From an uncultured Bacteroidota bacterium (GTDB taxonomy: Bacteria; Bacteroidota; Bacteroidia; Flavobacteriales; BACL11): a DNA stretch of 64,000 bases. How positions within the stretch are numbered: position 1 is the stretch's first letter; every line of letters begins with the position of its first letter. Under the pieces are notes generated by a model, which was not told where the DNA came from, did not search any database, and saw only the letters and a list, made by a program, of their open reading frames with translations. Position numbers and translations under genes: made by a program. Positions 38,838 to 48,441 of this stretch are shown here, one piece after another. Location of the stretch: the NCBI GenBank assembly GCA_902587125.1, contig CACIJW010000001.1, forward strand, positions 13,566 through 77,565, given 5' to 3'.

Positions 38838-40029
38838 GTGAAAAATATAGCATTCTTAACTTCTGGCGGAATTGCACCTTGTCTCTCCTCTTGTATCGTT
38901 CGTTTAATGTTTCAGTACAAAAAAAAGTTTGATAATGTGAATTTTGTTGGGTACTTAAACGGCTACAAAGGATTGCTTACTAACAATAAAATTTTTTTAA
39001 AACTGCCAGATACAAATAAAAGTGAGGGTATTTATGAATTTGGAGGTAGTTTAATTGGGAATAGCCGCGTGAAGCTAACTAATGTAAACGATTGTATAAA
39101 TAAAGGATACATCAAAAAAAAATGAAATTCCTCTTAAAATTGCAGCCGAACAGCTTAAGAAAGATAAAATTGACATATTACATACAATTGGAGGAGATGA
39201 CACGAACACAACTGCATGTGATTTGTCAAACTTTTTAAAAAAAAATCATTACAGATTGACAGTAATTGGGCTACCAAAAACTATTGACAATGATGTAATA
39301 CCTATAAATCAAACACTTGGAGCAATAACTGCTGCCGAGCAAACTGCAATTTTTTTTGAAAATATTGTTAATGAAAACACTACAAGCTCCAGACACCTAA
39401 TTATACATGAAGTAATGGGTAGAAATTGTGGATGGCTAACAGCAAAATCTGCACATATCTATAAGCAAAGATTAAAAAATAAGAAATTCTTTGAATCAGT
39501 AAATTTACGTAGGAAAGCGTGGGATATTCACTCTGTGCTAATACCAGAGATTGAATTTAACATTGAGAAGGAATCCTTAAGATTAAAAAAAATAATGGAT
39601 GAATTTGGATGTGTAAATATTTTTTTAAGCGAAGGAGCAGGTACAAATGTTATAATAAACGAAAAATTAAAAAACAATATTGAAATCAAACAAGACGCAT
39701 TTGGACACTACAGATTGGATGAGCTTAATGCAGGTAAATGGTTTGCAAAATATTTCAAATCAAAGTTGCTAGCTGATAAAGTTCTAGTTCAAAAGAGTGG
39801 ATACTTCGCAAGAAGCTCATCTCCCAACAAAGAAGATTTAGATCTAATTTTTAAACTTTGCGATTTTGCAGTTGAAAGTGCTATACTTGAGAAAAATGGA
39901 GTTATTGGAGAAGATATTGAAAATGAAAATAAACTAACTTGCATAGATTTTAATAGAATTCGAGGAGATAGACCTTTTGACACTTCTTCAAAATGGTTCA
40001 AAGAAATGAGTCAAGACTTTGAATCTTAA
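38838..40029 (+). pseudogene. pfp: Pyrophosphate-dependent (PfpA-type) 6-phosphofructokinase, interrupted by a frameshift in an A9 tract (39114-39122)
   Basis: The N-terminal ORF (FLTSGGIAPCLSS, GGSLIGNSRVKL) stops at TGA 39123-39125. The next frame is open from the A-run and encodes NEIPLKIAAEQLKKDKIDILHTIGGDDTNTTA. It continues into ORF 39223-40029, which carries PKTIDND and HEVMGRNCGW. Confidence 0.8.
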
Positions 40030-43000
40030 AAAGATAATCGGTAAAAACAAGTTTTTAAAGCTTTTTAAAAACCATTTATTTTCTGAAAAAAATCCTTTTG
40101 AAGAAAATCAAAAAAAAATATTTTTTGATTTTAAAATTGATTCATATTTACCATTCATTTTAGCTAATCTAAGTAATAATAATCTTATCATTTTTTCAAA
40201 TTTCAAAGAGGCAGCATACTTTGTAAATGACATCAAATCTTTAAATTTCAGTGACTGTATTTTATTTCCTCATATTGATTCAAAGGATGATGATGAAGCT
40301 AGATCTCAAATTAAAAAAGAAAGATCAAATGTTCTGAATTTTTTGGTTGAAAAAGAATCAACCATAGTAGTCAGTTACTCACAGGCAGTGATACAAAAAA
40401 TCGTAAACAAAAAAACTTATTTAAATCAAACATTAAGACTAAAAAAAAATGAAATTATTGAATATGATTCATTAATTGAAAAGTTAGAGAAAATTGGATT
40501 CGAAATGATTGATTTTATTTCTCAGCCTGGCCAATTTTCGGTAAGAGGTTCAATTATTGATATTTTCTCACACAATAACGAAAATCCAGTTAGACTTGAA
40601 ATTTACAATGAGATCTTAGTAGAAATTAGAGAATTCGAAATTCATACCCAACTCTCACAAAAAAGACTTGATTTTGTTAATATTAACAGTAGTTCTAATG
40701 ATAATATTAAAATAAATAAAACATCTTCAATTTTTGATTATCTAAATAATGAAGATTTTATTTGGCACAATGATTTTCATCATACTCAACAATTAATTTG
40801 CAATCTTCAAAAAGAAGATATTGACGAAAATTTACCTATCTTAAGTGTAAAGGAATTTGCAAACCATATTATAGAAAAAAAAATAATTGAAAAAATAAAT
40901 TCTAATTTATTTAGTAATACCAAAATAATAAATTCTAATCTTGAAGCCAACAGAAATTACAATAAGAGTTTTGAACTCTTATCAAAAGACATAAAAGAGT
41001 GGAGTAAAAAAAAATACATAAATGTTATATTATGTTCTTCTGAGTCTCAAATTAACAGAATTGATTCTGTTTTAAAAAATAAAGTTTCAGACAAATTATA
41101 TTACTTTTATTCAGCAGTAGTAAAGGAAGGATTCATCGATCACAATAACAAAGTTGTAATTTACACCGATCACCAAATTTTTAATAGATACTTAAAATTT
41201 AGAAAAAACAGATTTTCTACATACAGGAGAATCTCTCTTGAAGATTTTAATAATTTAAATGTTGGGGACCATATTGTTCATATAGATCATGGTATAGGAG
41301 TTTTTGATGGATTGAAATCTATAGTCAACAACAAGATAAAAAAGGAAGCACTTAAAATTAAATATAAAAACGATGATATTATTTACTTAAATATTAATTC
41401 ATTGCACAAGTTATCAAAATACTCATCCTCTGAAGGGATAATTCCAAAACTCAATCAAATAGGTTCAAAAAGCTGGTTGACTAAAAAAGAAAAAACAAGA
41501 AAAAGAATAAAATCAATTGCATTTAATTTAATCGAACTATATGCAAAAAGAAAAAAATCAAAGGGATTTAGTTTCTCAAAAGATGATTATTTACAAGATG
41601 AACTTGAAGCGTCATTTATTTATGAAGAAACTAAAGACCAAAAATTATCATTACAGCAAATAAAGAGAGACATGGAGAGTAGCGTACCAATGGATCGTCT
41701 GATTTGTGGAGATGTAGGCTTTGGCAAAACCGAACTTGCAATTCGGGCATCATATAAAGCGGTTTTAGACAATAAGCAAGTTGCTGTTTTGGTCCCCACA
41801 ACAATACTGGCTTTACAACATTATAATACTTTTCAAAATAGACTAGAAAATCTTGGATGTAACATTGAATTTATTAGCAGATTAAAAACAAATAACCAGA
41901 GAGAAGAGATTTTTAAAAAGGTTAATGATGGATCTATTGATATTATTATTGGCACTCATTCAATATCAAGTGATAAAATGAATTTTAAAGATCTTGGACT
42001 GCTAATAATAGACGAGGAGCAAAAATTTGGAGTCAACGTAAAAGATAGAATGAAACTAAAAAAAGAAAATGTAGATATTTTATCTATGACAGCAACTCCT
42101 ATTCCAAGAACTTTACAATTTTCTCTAATGGGAGCAAGAGACTTATCAATTTTAAATACACCTCCTAAAAATAGACGACCGATCATTACAAACAAGATTA
42201 GCTTTGACAAAGAACTTATCGAAGATGCTATAAACTATGAAATAGAAAGAGATGGTCAGGTTTTTTTTGTGCACAATAATGTTTCAAGTATAGAAAGTAT
42301 TGCAAATTTCATAAGAAAAATTTGTCCTTCTAGTAAAGTAAAAATAGTTCATGGTAAAAAGAAATCCTCTGAGATTGAAAATATTTTGACTGAATTTATT
42401 AATAATGATTTTAATGTTTTAGTAACAACTACAATTATTGAAAATGGTGTAGATGTATCTAATGCAAACACTATTTTAATAAATAATGCCCATGATTTTG
42501 GATTGAGTGATTTACATCAAATGAGAGGAAGAGTTGGTAGAAGTAATACAGAGTCATATTGTTATTTGATTGCGCCAAACTCAAAAATTTTAACTGACAT
42601 AAGTAACAAAAGAATTAATTCAATGATGAAATATTCTGATTTAGGAAGTGGATTGAAAATTGCATTACGAGACTTAGATATTAGAGGAGCAGGTAACTTG
42701 CTAGGGGCTGATCAAAGTGGATTTGTTAATGAAATTGGATTTGAAATGTACCAAAGAATTTTAAACGATGCTGTAAATGAACTTAAAAAAGAAAGATTAA
42801 ACGAAGAAAGTTTGATTAACTATAAAGAATGTCAATTTGAAAGTGATATTGAAATGTATATTCCAAAAAAATATATTTATAATGATCATGAGAGATTAAA
42901 AACTTACAGAATGCTAAATAGTTTAAATGATGAAATTAATATAAAAAAATATATTTCAGAAATTGAAGATCGTTTTGGTAAAAAGCCTATTGAACTTAGT

Positions 43001-43264
43001 AACTTTATTGTTGGATTAAAAGTTAAAAATTTAGGTAAAAAATTGTTTGCTGAAAAAATAAGGCTGAGAAACAATAATCTATCAATTTTTTGGAGTGATG
43101 ACCAAAATACCGAAACTGACAAAATTTTAAACTTTGTTGCATTAAACATTGACAAAACACAGATTAAACAAAAAGACAAATTTCTGATTCTAACTATTAG
43201 AAAAATATATGATCTCGAATCAAGCCTTAATTGCTTAAAATCAATTTTTGAATTTAACTCCTAA
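40019..43264 (+). CDS. mfd: Transcription-repair coupling factor
   Basis: 1081 aa. It has an RNAP-interaction block (HIDHGIGVFDGL), helicase motifs (GDVGFGKTE and IIDEEQKFG) and a TRG region. The apparent start codon is TTG. Confidence 0.92.
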   Translation: MNLKKIIGKNKFLKLFKNHLFSEKNPFEENQKKIFFDFKIDSYLPFILANLSNNNLIIFSNFKEAAYFVNDIKSLNFSDCILFPHIDSKDDDEARSQIKKERSNVLNFLVEKESTIVVSYSQAVIQKIVNKKTYLNQTLRLKKNEIIEYDSLIEKLEKIGFEMIDFISQPGQFSVRGSIIDIFSHNNENPVRLEIYNEILVEIREFEIHTQLSQKRLDFVNINSSSNDNIKINKTSSIFDYLNNEDFIWHNDFHHTQQLICNLQKEDIDENLPILSVKEFANHIIEKKIIEKINSNLFSNTKIINSNLEANRNYNKSFELLSKDIKEWSKKKYINVILCSSESQINRIDSVLKNKVSDKLYYFYSAVVKEGFIDHNNKVVIYTDHQIFNRYLKFRKNRFSTYRRISLEDFNNLNVGDHIVHIDHGIGVFDGLKSIVNNKIKKEALKIKYKNDDIIYLNINSLHKLSKYSSSEGIIPKLNQIGSKSWLTKKEKTRKRIKSIAFNLIELYAKRKKSKGFSFSKDDYLQDELEASFIYEETKDQKLSLQQIKRDMESSVPMDRLICGDVGFGKTELAIRASYKAVLDNKQVAVLVPTTILALQHYNTFQNRLENLGCNIEFISRLKTNNQREEIFKKVNDGSIDIIIGTHSISSDKMNFKDLGLLIIDEEQKFGVNVKDRMKLKKENVDILSMTATPIPRTLQFSLMGARDLSILNTPPKNRRPIITNKISFDKELIEDAINYEIERDGQVFFVHNNVSSIESIANFIRKICPSSKVKIVHGKKKSSEIENILTEFINNDFNVLVTTTIIENGVDVSNANTILINNAHDFGLSDLHQMRGRVGRSNTESYCYLIAPNSKILTDISNKRINSMMKYSDLGSGLKIALRDLDIRGAGNLLGADQSGFVNEIGFEMYQRILNDAVNELKKERLNEESLINYKECQFESDIEMYIPKKYIYNDHERLKTYRMLNSLNDEINIKKYISEIEDRFGKKPIELSNFIVGLKVKNLGKKLFAEKIRLRNNNLSIFWSDDQNTETDKILNFVALNIDKTQIKQKDKFLILTIRKIYDLESSLNCLKSIFEFNS

Positions 43265-44480
43265 TTGCTTCAACTGGATCTAGTCTTGAAGCATTATAAG
43301 CAGGAAAAAATCCACTAAATATTCCAATAACTGAAGAAACTATTAGCCCTAAAAATATATTTTTAAATGAAATATATACATCAAAAGGAATTATTGAGGA
43401 AATTAATTGTATTAGAAAAAATGAAAGTAGGATCCCAATTATCCCTCCTACTATACAAAGAACAACTGCTTCTGAAAGAAATTGTGTAAGAATGAATTGA
43501 TTTTTAGAACCAAGAGATTTTTGAATTCCTATTTCTTTAGTTCTTTCCTTAACAGATACAAACATTATGTTTGAGATACCAAAACCACCAACTAAAATAG
43601 AAAAACTTCCAATAATCCAACTTGCCAAATTGATTGTTCCAAATAATTTTTCAAGACCATTTGAAATAATGCTACTTTCGTTTAAGGCAAAGTTATCATT
43701 TGAAAGTGGTCTAACTTTTCTTATTTTTCTCATTAAATTTTTTAACTCTAATTTTAATTCAGAGTTTTTTACGTTACTTTTAGCTTTGCATAAAATCATT
43801 GGATCATTAACTTTCATTATTTTTTTTGCATAATTATTTCCAATTAAAACAGAATAGTCTCTTGAAACTCCAATAACACTTTCACCCTGTTTTTCTAACA
43901 CACCAATAATTATCATATTATTTTCTCCTACTGAAATTGTTTTTTCTACTGCACTCTCTTCTCCAAATAAATTTTTATAAATCTCATATCCAATTACAAT
44001 AAATCTTTTAGATGAAGCAACTTCATTTTTTGTAAAGAACCTGCCAGAGTGAAGCTTCAGATCCCAAATATTAAAGATTTGATCTGTAACGGCGAGAGCA
44101 TCAACATCTCTCATTTTTACATTATTATTTTCCAAATTTATTTCGTCAGAAAAAACAAAAGCTATATTTTGTGATAAACTTGATTTTTCATTAATAAACT
44201 TAAACTCATCAAAATTTACATTAGGGTTTCTAAAGAATTTCCACCATTCATACTCTTTTCCAGAGCTCCATGGCCATTTTTGAACGTATATAACATTTTC
44301 TCCAAGAGTCGTTACACTTTGATTTAATGTTTTTTCTAAAGAATTTACAACGCTGAATATAATTACAATTGACATTATACCAATTGAAATCCCTAATAAC
44401 GATAATATTGAACGAAATCTATTTTCTAACAGCGTGTTTAAACTTAATTTAAATGATTCCTTTAGAAATCTATAGTTCAT
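43254..44480 (-). CDS. FtsX/MacB-type ABC transporter permease
   Basis: From the ATG at 44480 the product begins MNYRFLKESFKLSLNTLLENRFRSILSLLGISIG. It has a MacB periplasmic domain and a C-terminal FtsX domain (4 TM). A -7 box covers the longer ORF-track start. Confidence 0.75.
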   Translation of the reverse strand: MNYRFLKESFKLSLNTLLENRFRSILSLLGISIGIMSIVIIFSVVNSLEKTLNQSVTTLGENVIYVQKWPWSSGKEYEWWKFFRNPNVNFDEFKFINEKSSLSQNIAFVFSDEINLENNNVKMRDVDALAVTDQIFNIWDLKLHSGRFFTKNEVASSKRFIVIGYEIYKNLFGEESAVEKTISVGENNMIIIGVLEKQGESVIGVSRDYSVLIGNNYAKKIMKVNDPMILCKAKSNVKNSELKLELKNLMRKIRKVRPLSNDNFALNESSIISNGLEKLFGTINLASWIIGSFSILVGGFGISNIMFVSVKERTKEIGIQKSLGSKNQFILTQFLSEAVVLCIVGGIIGILLSFFLIQLISSIIPFDVYISFKNIFLGLIVSSVIGIFSGFFPAYNASRLDPVEAIRS

Positions 44481-44498
44481 TATTTTTAGATTATTTAA

Positions 44499-44506
44499 CA
44501 AAAATA
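44499..44506 (-). promoter_or_regulatory. -7 promoter box TATTTTTG for the FtsX-type permease
   Basis: The plus strand reads CAAAAATA. There are 18 nt between the box and the ATG at 44480. Confidence 0.35.
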
Positions 44507-44583
44507 AAAAGTTATTAACAGATTGAATATTAATTCATTTTAAACTCTAATTTATTCTAGCTTTTGGGTAAAATTGTATAAGA

Positions 44584-46104
44584 ATGTCTACTGGGAAAAA
44601 CATAAATAATGTTTTGGTTTCTGTCTTTGATAAAGAAAAACTTGAGATCATACTTTCCGTGCTGAAAAAAAATAATTCTAATATTTTTTCAACTGGTGGA
44701 ACCTATGATTATATTAAAGATAAAGGGTATGAGGTGACCAAAGTTGAGGACATAACAGACTATCCCTCAATTCTTGGTGGCAGAGTCAAAACTCTTCACC
44801 CAAAAATATTTGGTGGAATATTAGCTAGATCAAAAAACAAATTAGACTCTGAAGAACTGAACAAATATAAAATTTTTCCTTTCGAGCTTATAATTGTTGA
44901 TCTTTATCCATTTTATCAAACAGTTCAAGAGACTAATGATGAGAAAAAAATTATTGAAAAAATTGATATTGGCGGCGTTTCTTTAATACGCGCAGCAGCT
45001 AAAAATTATGAAGATGTATTAGTAATTTCTAACAAATCTCAATATGAAGACTTAGCAAAAATTTTATCAAATACTAAGCTTTTAAATACTGTTGAAACAA
45101 GAAAAGAATTTGCTTCAAATGCATTCAAAAACACCTTTTTGTATGACAGATCGATATACAAATATTTTTCAAACAATCACTTCTTAATAGAGCAAGATAT
45201 TGATACAACTTTTAAAACGAGATATGGTGAAAACCCTCACCAAAATGCGGTTTTCTTTGGCAATCTTGAAGAGACTTTTCTAAAACTTAATGGAAAAGAA
45301 ATTTCATATAATAATTTACTTGACATTAATTCTGCTGTCCAGTTAATATGTGAATTTGAAGAACCTACATTTGCAATATTAAAACACAATAATGCCTGCG
45401 GAATTGCCTCGAGAGAAAACATTATTGATTCGTGGAAAAATGCATTAAAATCCGATCCGGTTTCAGCTTTCGGTGGCGTATTAATATGTAATAGAACTAT
45501 AGACTCACAGACAGCTAAGGAAATCAATAAAATCTTTTTTGAGGTCCTAATAGCGCCAAACTTCAACGAGGATGCTTTAAATATATTAATGGAGAAAAAA
45601 AATAGAATAATTTTAAAACAAAAAAAGTTTAAATTTGATTCTGTAGAACATAGAAGCGTTTTAGGATGCATATTATCTCAAGAAAAAGATACAAAAATCG
45701 ATACCATAGAAAAAAAGAATATAGTTACAATTAAAAAGCCAACAGAAAATGAAATTGATGACTTAATTTTTGCATCTAAAGTTTGTAAAAATTCAAAATC
45801 AAATGCAATTGTATTAGTTAAAAATAAGAGACTAATTTCAAGCGGAGTTGGACAGACATCAAGAGTTGATGCATTAAATCATGCGGTTGAAAAAGCAAAG
45901 TTTTTTGAAAATGATATTAGTGGTGGAGTAATGGCTTCAGATGCATTTTTTCCTTTTCCTGATTGTGTAGAAATTGCGAAAAACGCTGGTGTTACGTCTG
46001 TTATTCAACCAGGCGGATCAATCAAAGATTATTTATCCATTGATTATTGTAACGAAAATAATTTAAGTATGGTAATGTCTGGGACAAGACACTTTAAACA
46101 TTAG
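44584..46104 (+). CDS. purH: Bifunctional AICAR transformylase / IMP cyclohydrolase
   Basis: MGS-like N-domain (GGRVKTLHPKIFGGIL) and an AICARFT domain (RYGENPHQ, ILKHNNACG). 506 aa. Confidence 0.95.
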   Translation: MSTGKNINNVLVSVFDKEKLEIILSVLKKNNSNIFSTGGTYDYIKDKGYEVTKVEDITDYPSILGGRVKTLHPKIFGGILARSKNKLDSEELNKYKIFPFELIIVDLYPFYQTVQETNDEKKIIEKIDIGGVSLIRAAAKNYEDVLVISNKSQYEDLAKILSNTKLLNTVETRKEFASNAFKNTFLYDRSIYKYFSNNHFLIEQDIDTTFKTRYGENPHQNAVFFGNLEETFLKLNGKEISYNNLLDINSAVQLICEFEEPTFAILKHNNACGIASRENIIDSWKNALKSDPVSAFGGVLICNRTIDSQTAKEINKIFFEVLIAPNFNEDALNILMEKKNRIILKQKKFKFDSVEHRSVLGCILSQEKDTKIDTIEKKNIVTIKKPTENEIDDLIFASKVCKNSKSNAIVLVKNKRLISSGVGQTSRVDALNHAVEKAKFFENDISGGVMASDAFFPFPDCVEIAKNAGVTSVIQPGGSIKDYLSIDYCNENNLSMVMSGTRHFKH

Positions 46105-46107
46105 AAT

Positions 46108-47130
46108 ATGGGGATTTTTGATTTTATGCAAGAAGAAATAGCTATCGATTTAGGAACTGCTAATACTTTAATTATTCATAACGATAAAGTCGTAGTAGAT
46201 GAACCCTCAATTGTTGCAAAAGACATTCGTACTGGTGAAGTTGTTGCTATTGGCAAAAGAGCACAACAAATGCATGGAAAAACTCATAAAAAAATTGAAA
46301 CCATGAGACCATTGAAAGACGGAGTAATTGCCGATTTTCAATCCTCAGAGCAAATGATAAGAGGATTTATCAAAATGATTCCAAAAAAAAGATCTCTATT
46401 TTCTCCATCACTTAAAATGGTAGTTTGTATTCCATCAGGTGTAACTGAAGTAGAAAAAAGAGCAGTAATAGATTCAGCAGAGCATGCTGGAGCAAAAGAT
46501 GTTTGGCTAATTCATGAACCTATGGCTGCAGCAATTGGAATTGGTATTGATGTCCTTGAACCAAATGGAAATATGGTTATTGATATCGGAGGAGGAACTA
46601 CTGAAATAGCAGTTATATCTCTTGGAGGTATTGTTACTGATAAATCAATTAGAATAGCAGGTGATGAGTTTACTGACAATATTAAAAACTACATGAAAAC
46701 CAGACACAATATAGCTGTTGGTGACATCATGGCAGAGCAGATTAAAATAAATGTTGGCTCTGCTTTGACTGAGCTAGACGATCCTCCTCAGAACTATCCA
46801 GTACATGGAAGAGATTTAATGAGTGGTATACCTAAAGAAATCATAGTAACTTACAAAGAAATAGCTGGAGCTCTTAATAACTCCATTGAACAAATTGAAG
46901 AAGCAATAATGAGTGCTTTATTTCAAACACCTCCAGCTCTATCAGCAGATATTTACAATACCGGTTTATACTTGACAGGTGGTGGATCAATGCTTAGAGG
47001 GCTCGACAAAAGAATATCTAAAAAAACAAAATTACCAGTGTATGTCGCAGAGGATCCCCTTAGGGCAGTTGCTAGAGGTACTGGAATTGCTTTAAAAAAT
47101 ACCGAAAGCTATACATTTCTTATTAGATAA
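46108..47130 (+). CDS. mreB: Rod shape-determining protein MreB
   Basis: Actin-fold motifs (IAIDLGTANT and DIGGGTTEIAVISLGG). 340 aa. Confidence 0.95.
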   Translation: MGIFDFMQEEIAIDLGTANTLIIHNDKVVVDEPSIVAKDIRTGEVVAIGKRAQQMHGKTHKKIETMRPLKDGVIADFQSSEQMIRGFIKMIPKKRSLFSPSLKMVVCIPSGVTEVEKRAVIDSAEHAGAKDVWLIHEPMAAAIGIGIDVLEPNGNMVIDIGGGTTEIAVISLGGIVTDKSIRIAGDEFTDNIKNYMKTRHNIAVGDIMAEQIKINVGSALTELDDPPQNYPVHGRDLMSGIPKEIIVTYKEIAGALNNSIEQIEEAIMSALFQTPPALSADIYNTGLYLTGGGSMLRGLDKRISKKTKLPVYVAEDPLRAVARGTGIALKNTESYTFLIR

Positions 47131-47132
47131 TA

Positions 47133-47945
47133 ATGTACAACCTAATTCGGTTTTTTAAAATATATCAATCAATAATATATTTTATTATTTTTTTTTCATT
47201 CTCCATTTATCTATTATTTACTAATAACTCTTACCATAGTTTTTTAAATAAAAAAACATTTAGTGAATTAAGAGGTTATTCTATGTCAAAGTTTAGTTCA
47301 ATAAATCAATATTTATCTTTAAAAGAAAAAAATAAAATTCTATTAAAAGAAAATCTTAAAATTAAAAATCAATTGTCAAAATATAGTTTCGAAAAAAGCA
47401 TAAATTTTATCGATTACAATAACTATTATTTATTTAATTCAGCAAGAGTTATAAATAATTCTGTGTTCAAAAGAAATAATTTTTTAACATTAAATAAAGG
47501 AAGTAAAGACGGCATTAAGATTGGTCAAGGTGTTGTGATAAATGATGGAATTGTTGGAATAGTAAAAAGTGTAAGTCAAAATTATTCTTTAGTCATATCA
47601 ATACTAAATAAAAAAACAAACGTGAGTATAAAGTTTAAAAAAAATAATTATGTGGGTTCATTAAAATGGAATGGATATAATTATAAGAAAGGTGAAGTTA
47701 ATGATGTAATGAATCACATTGACATTTCGGTCGGAGACACAATAGTAACATCTGGATATGGAACAATTTTCCCAAAAGATATTAATATAGGTGTTGTTAG
47801 TAAAATAAGAAATAGAGATAACTCAGGGTATCAAAAAATTGAAGTTAACTTTTTAAAAGACTTAAATATGATTGACTTTGTGTACGTAGTAGAAGCAAAA
47901 AATAAATTAGAAATTAGAAAATTAGAAAAATCTTTAGATGATTAA
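47133..47945 (+). CDS. mreC: Rod shape-determining protein MreC
   Basis: An N-terminal TM segment, a coiled coil and a beta-rich domain (GQGVVINDGIVGIVKSV, TSGYGTIFPKDINIG). It sits after mreB. Confidence 0.8.
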   Translation: MYNLIRFFKIYQSIIYFIIFFSFSIYLLFTNNSYHSFLNKKTFSELRGYSMSKFSSINQYLSLKEKNKILLKENLKIKNQLSKYSFEKSINFIDYNNYYLFNSARVINNSVFKRNNFLTLNKGSKDGIKIGQGVVINDGIVGIVKSVSQNYSLVISILNKKTNVSIKFKKNNYVGSLKWNGYNYKKGEVNDVMNHIDISVGDTIVTSGYGTIFPKDINIGVVSKIRNRDNSGYQKIEVNFLKDLNMIDFVYVVEAKNKLEIRKLEKSLDD

Positions 47946-48441
47946 TTTTTACTACTTGAAATTATTTTTATGTTATATTTTGATTCAAATTTTTGTTTTA
48001 AATGAGGTTATTTTTAGTTCTTATATAATACCGTTTTTATACTTGACAATAATTATAAGTATACCTAAAGGGAAATCTATTCTATTTCTAATGATAATTT
48101 CTTTTATGACTGGCCTAACAATAGATATATTCGAAGGGCAATTAGGTCTTCATTCAACATCTTGCATAATTATTGCCTTTTTAAGACCAAAAATTCTTTC
48201 AATTTTATCAAATTCTAAAACTTTGAGTAACGAGGACAATATAAGATTGACCAATCTTGGTGCACTGCAATTTTTAGTTTATTCGTCGACATTAATATTT
48301 CTTCATTCATTAATTTTATTTTTTATTGTTGATTTTGAAATTGGTAATATTTTTAATCTAATTATTAAGACGATACTAAGCACATTAATTACTCTTCTAT
48401 TAATTTTTGTCAATGAACTTTATTACATAAATAAAAAATGA
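47938..48441 (+). CDS. mreD: Rod shape-determining protein MreD (probable)
   Basis: 167-aa polytopic protein between mreC and mrdA, overlapping both neighbours. Confidence 0.6.
   Translation: MINFYYLKLFLCYILIQIFVLNEVIFSSYIIPFLYLTIIISIPKGKSILFLMIISFMTGLTIDIFEGQLGLHSTSCIIIAFLRPKILSILSNSKTLSNEDNIRLTNLGALQFLVYSSTLIFLHSLILFFIVDFEIGNIFNLIIKTILSTLITLLLIFVNELYYINKK

Noticed and set aside
45237-45671. 144-aa minus-strand ORF inside purH. Similar long antisense ORFs occur at 15609-16034 (in the M20 gene), 34081-34440 (in mlaF), 33251-33493, 32391-32663, 12 further short ones in the track, and 24115-24514 opposite HU.
   Set aside because: Each lies fully inside a strongly supported gene on the other strand. 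None has family motifs or a promoter box that I could find. I treat them as shadow ORFs. Ribosome profiling would be needed to argue otherwise.
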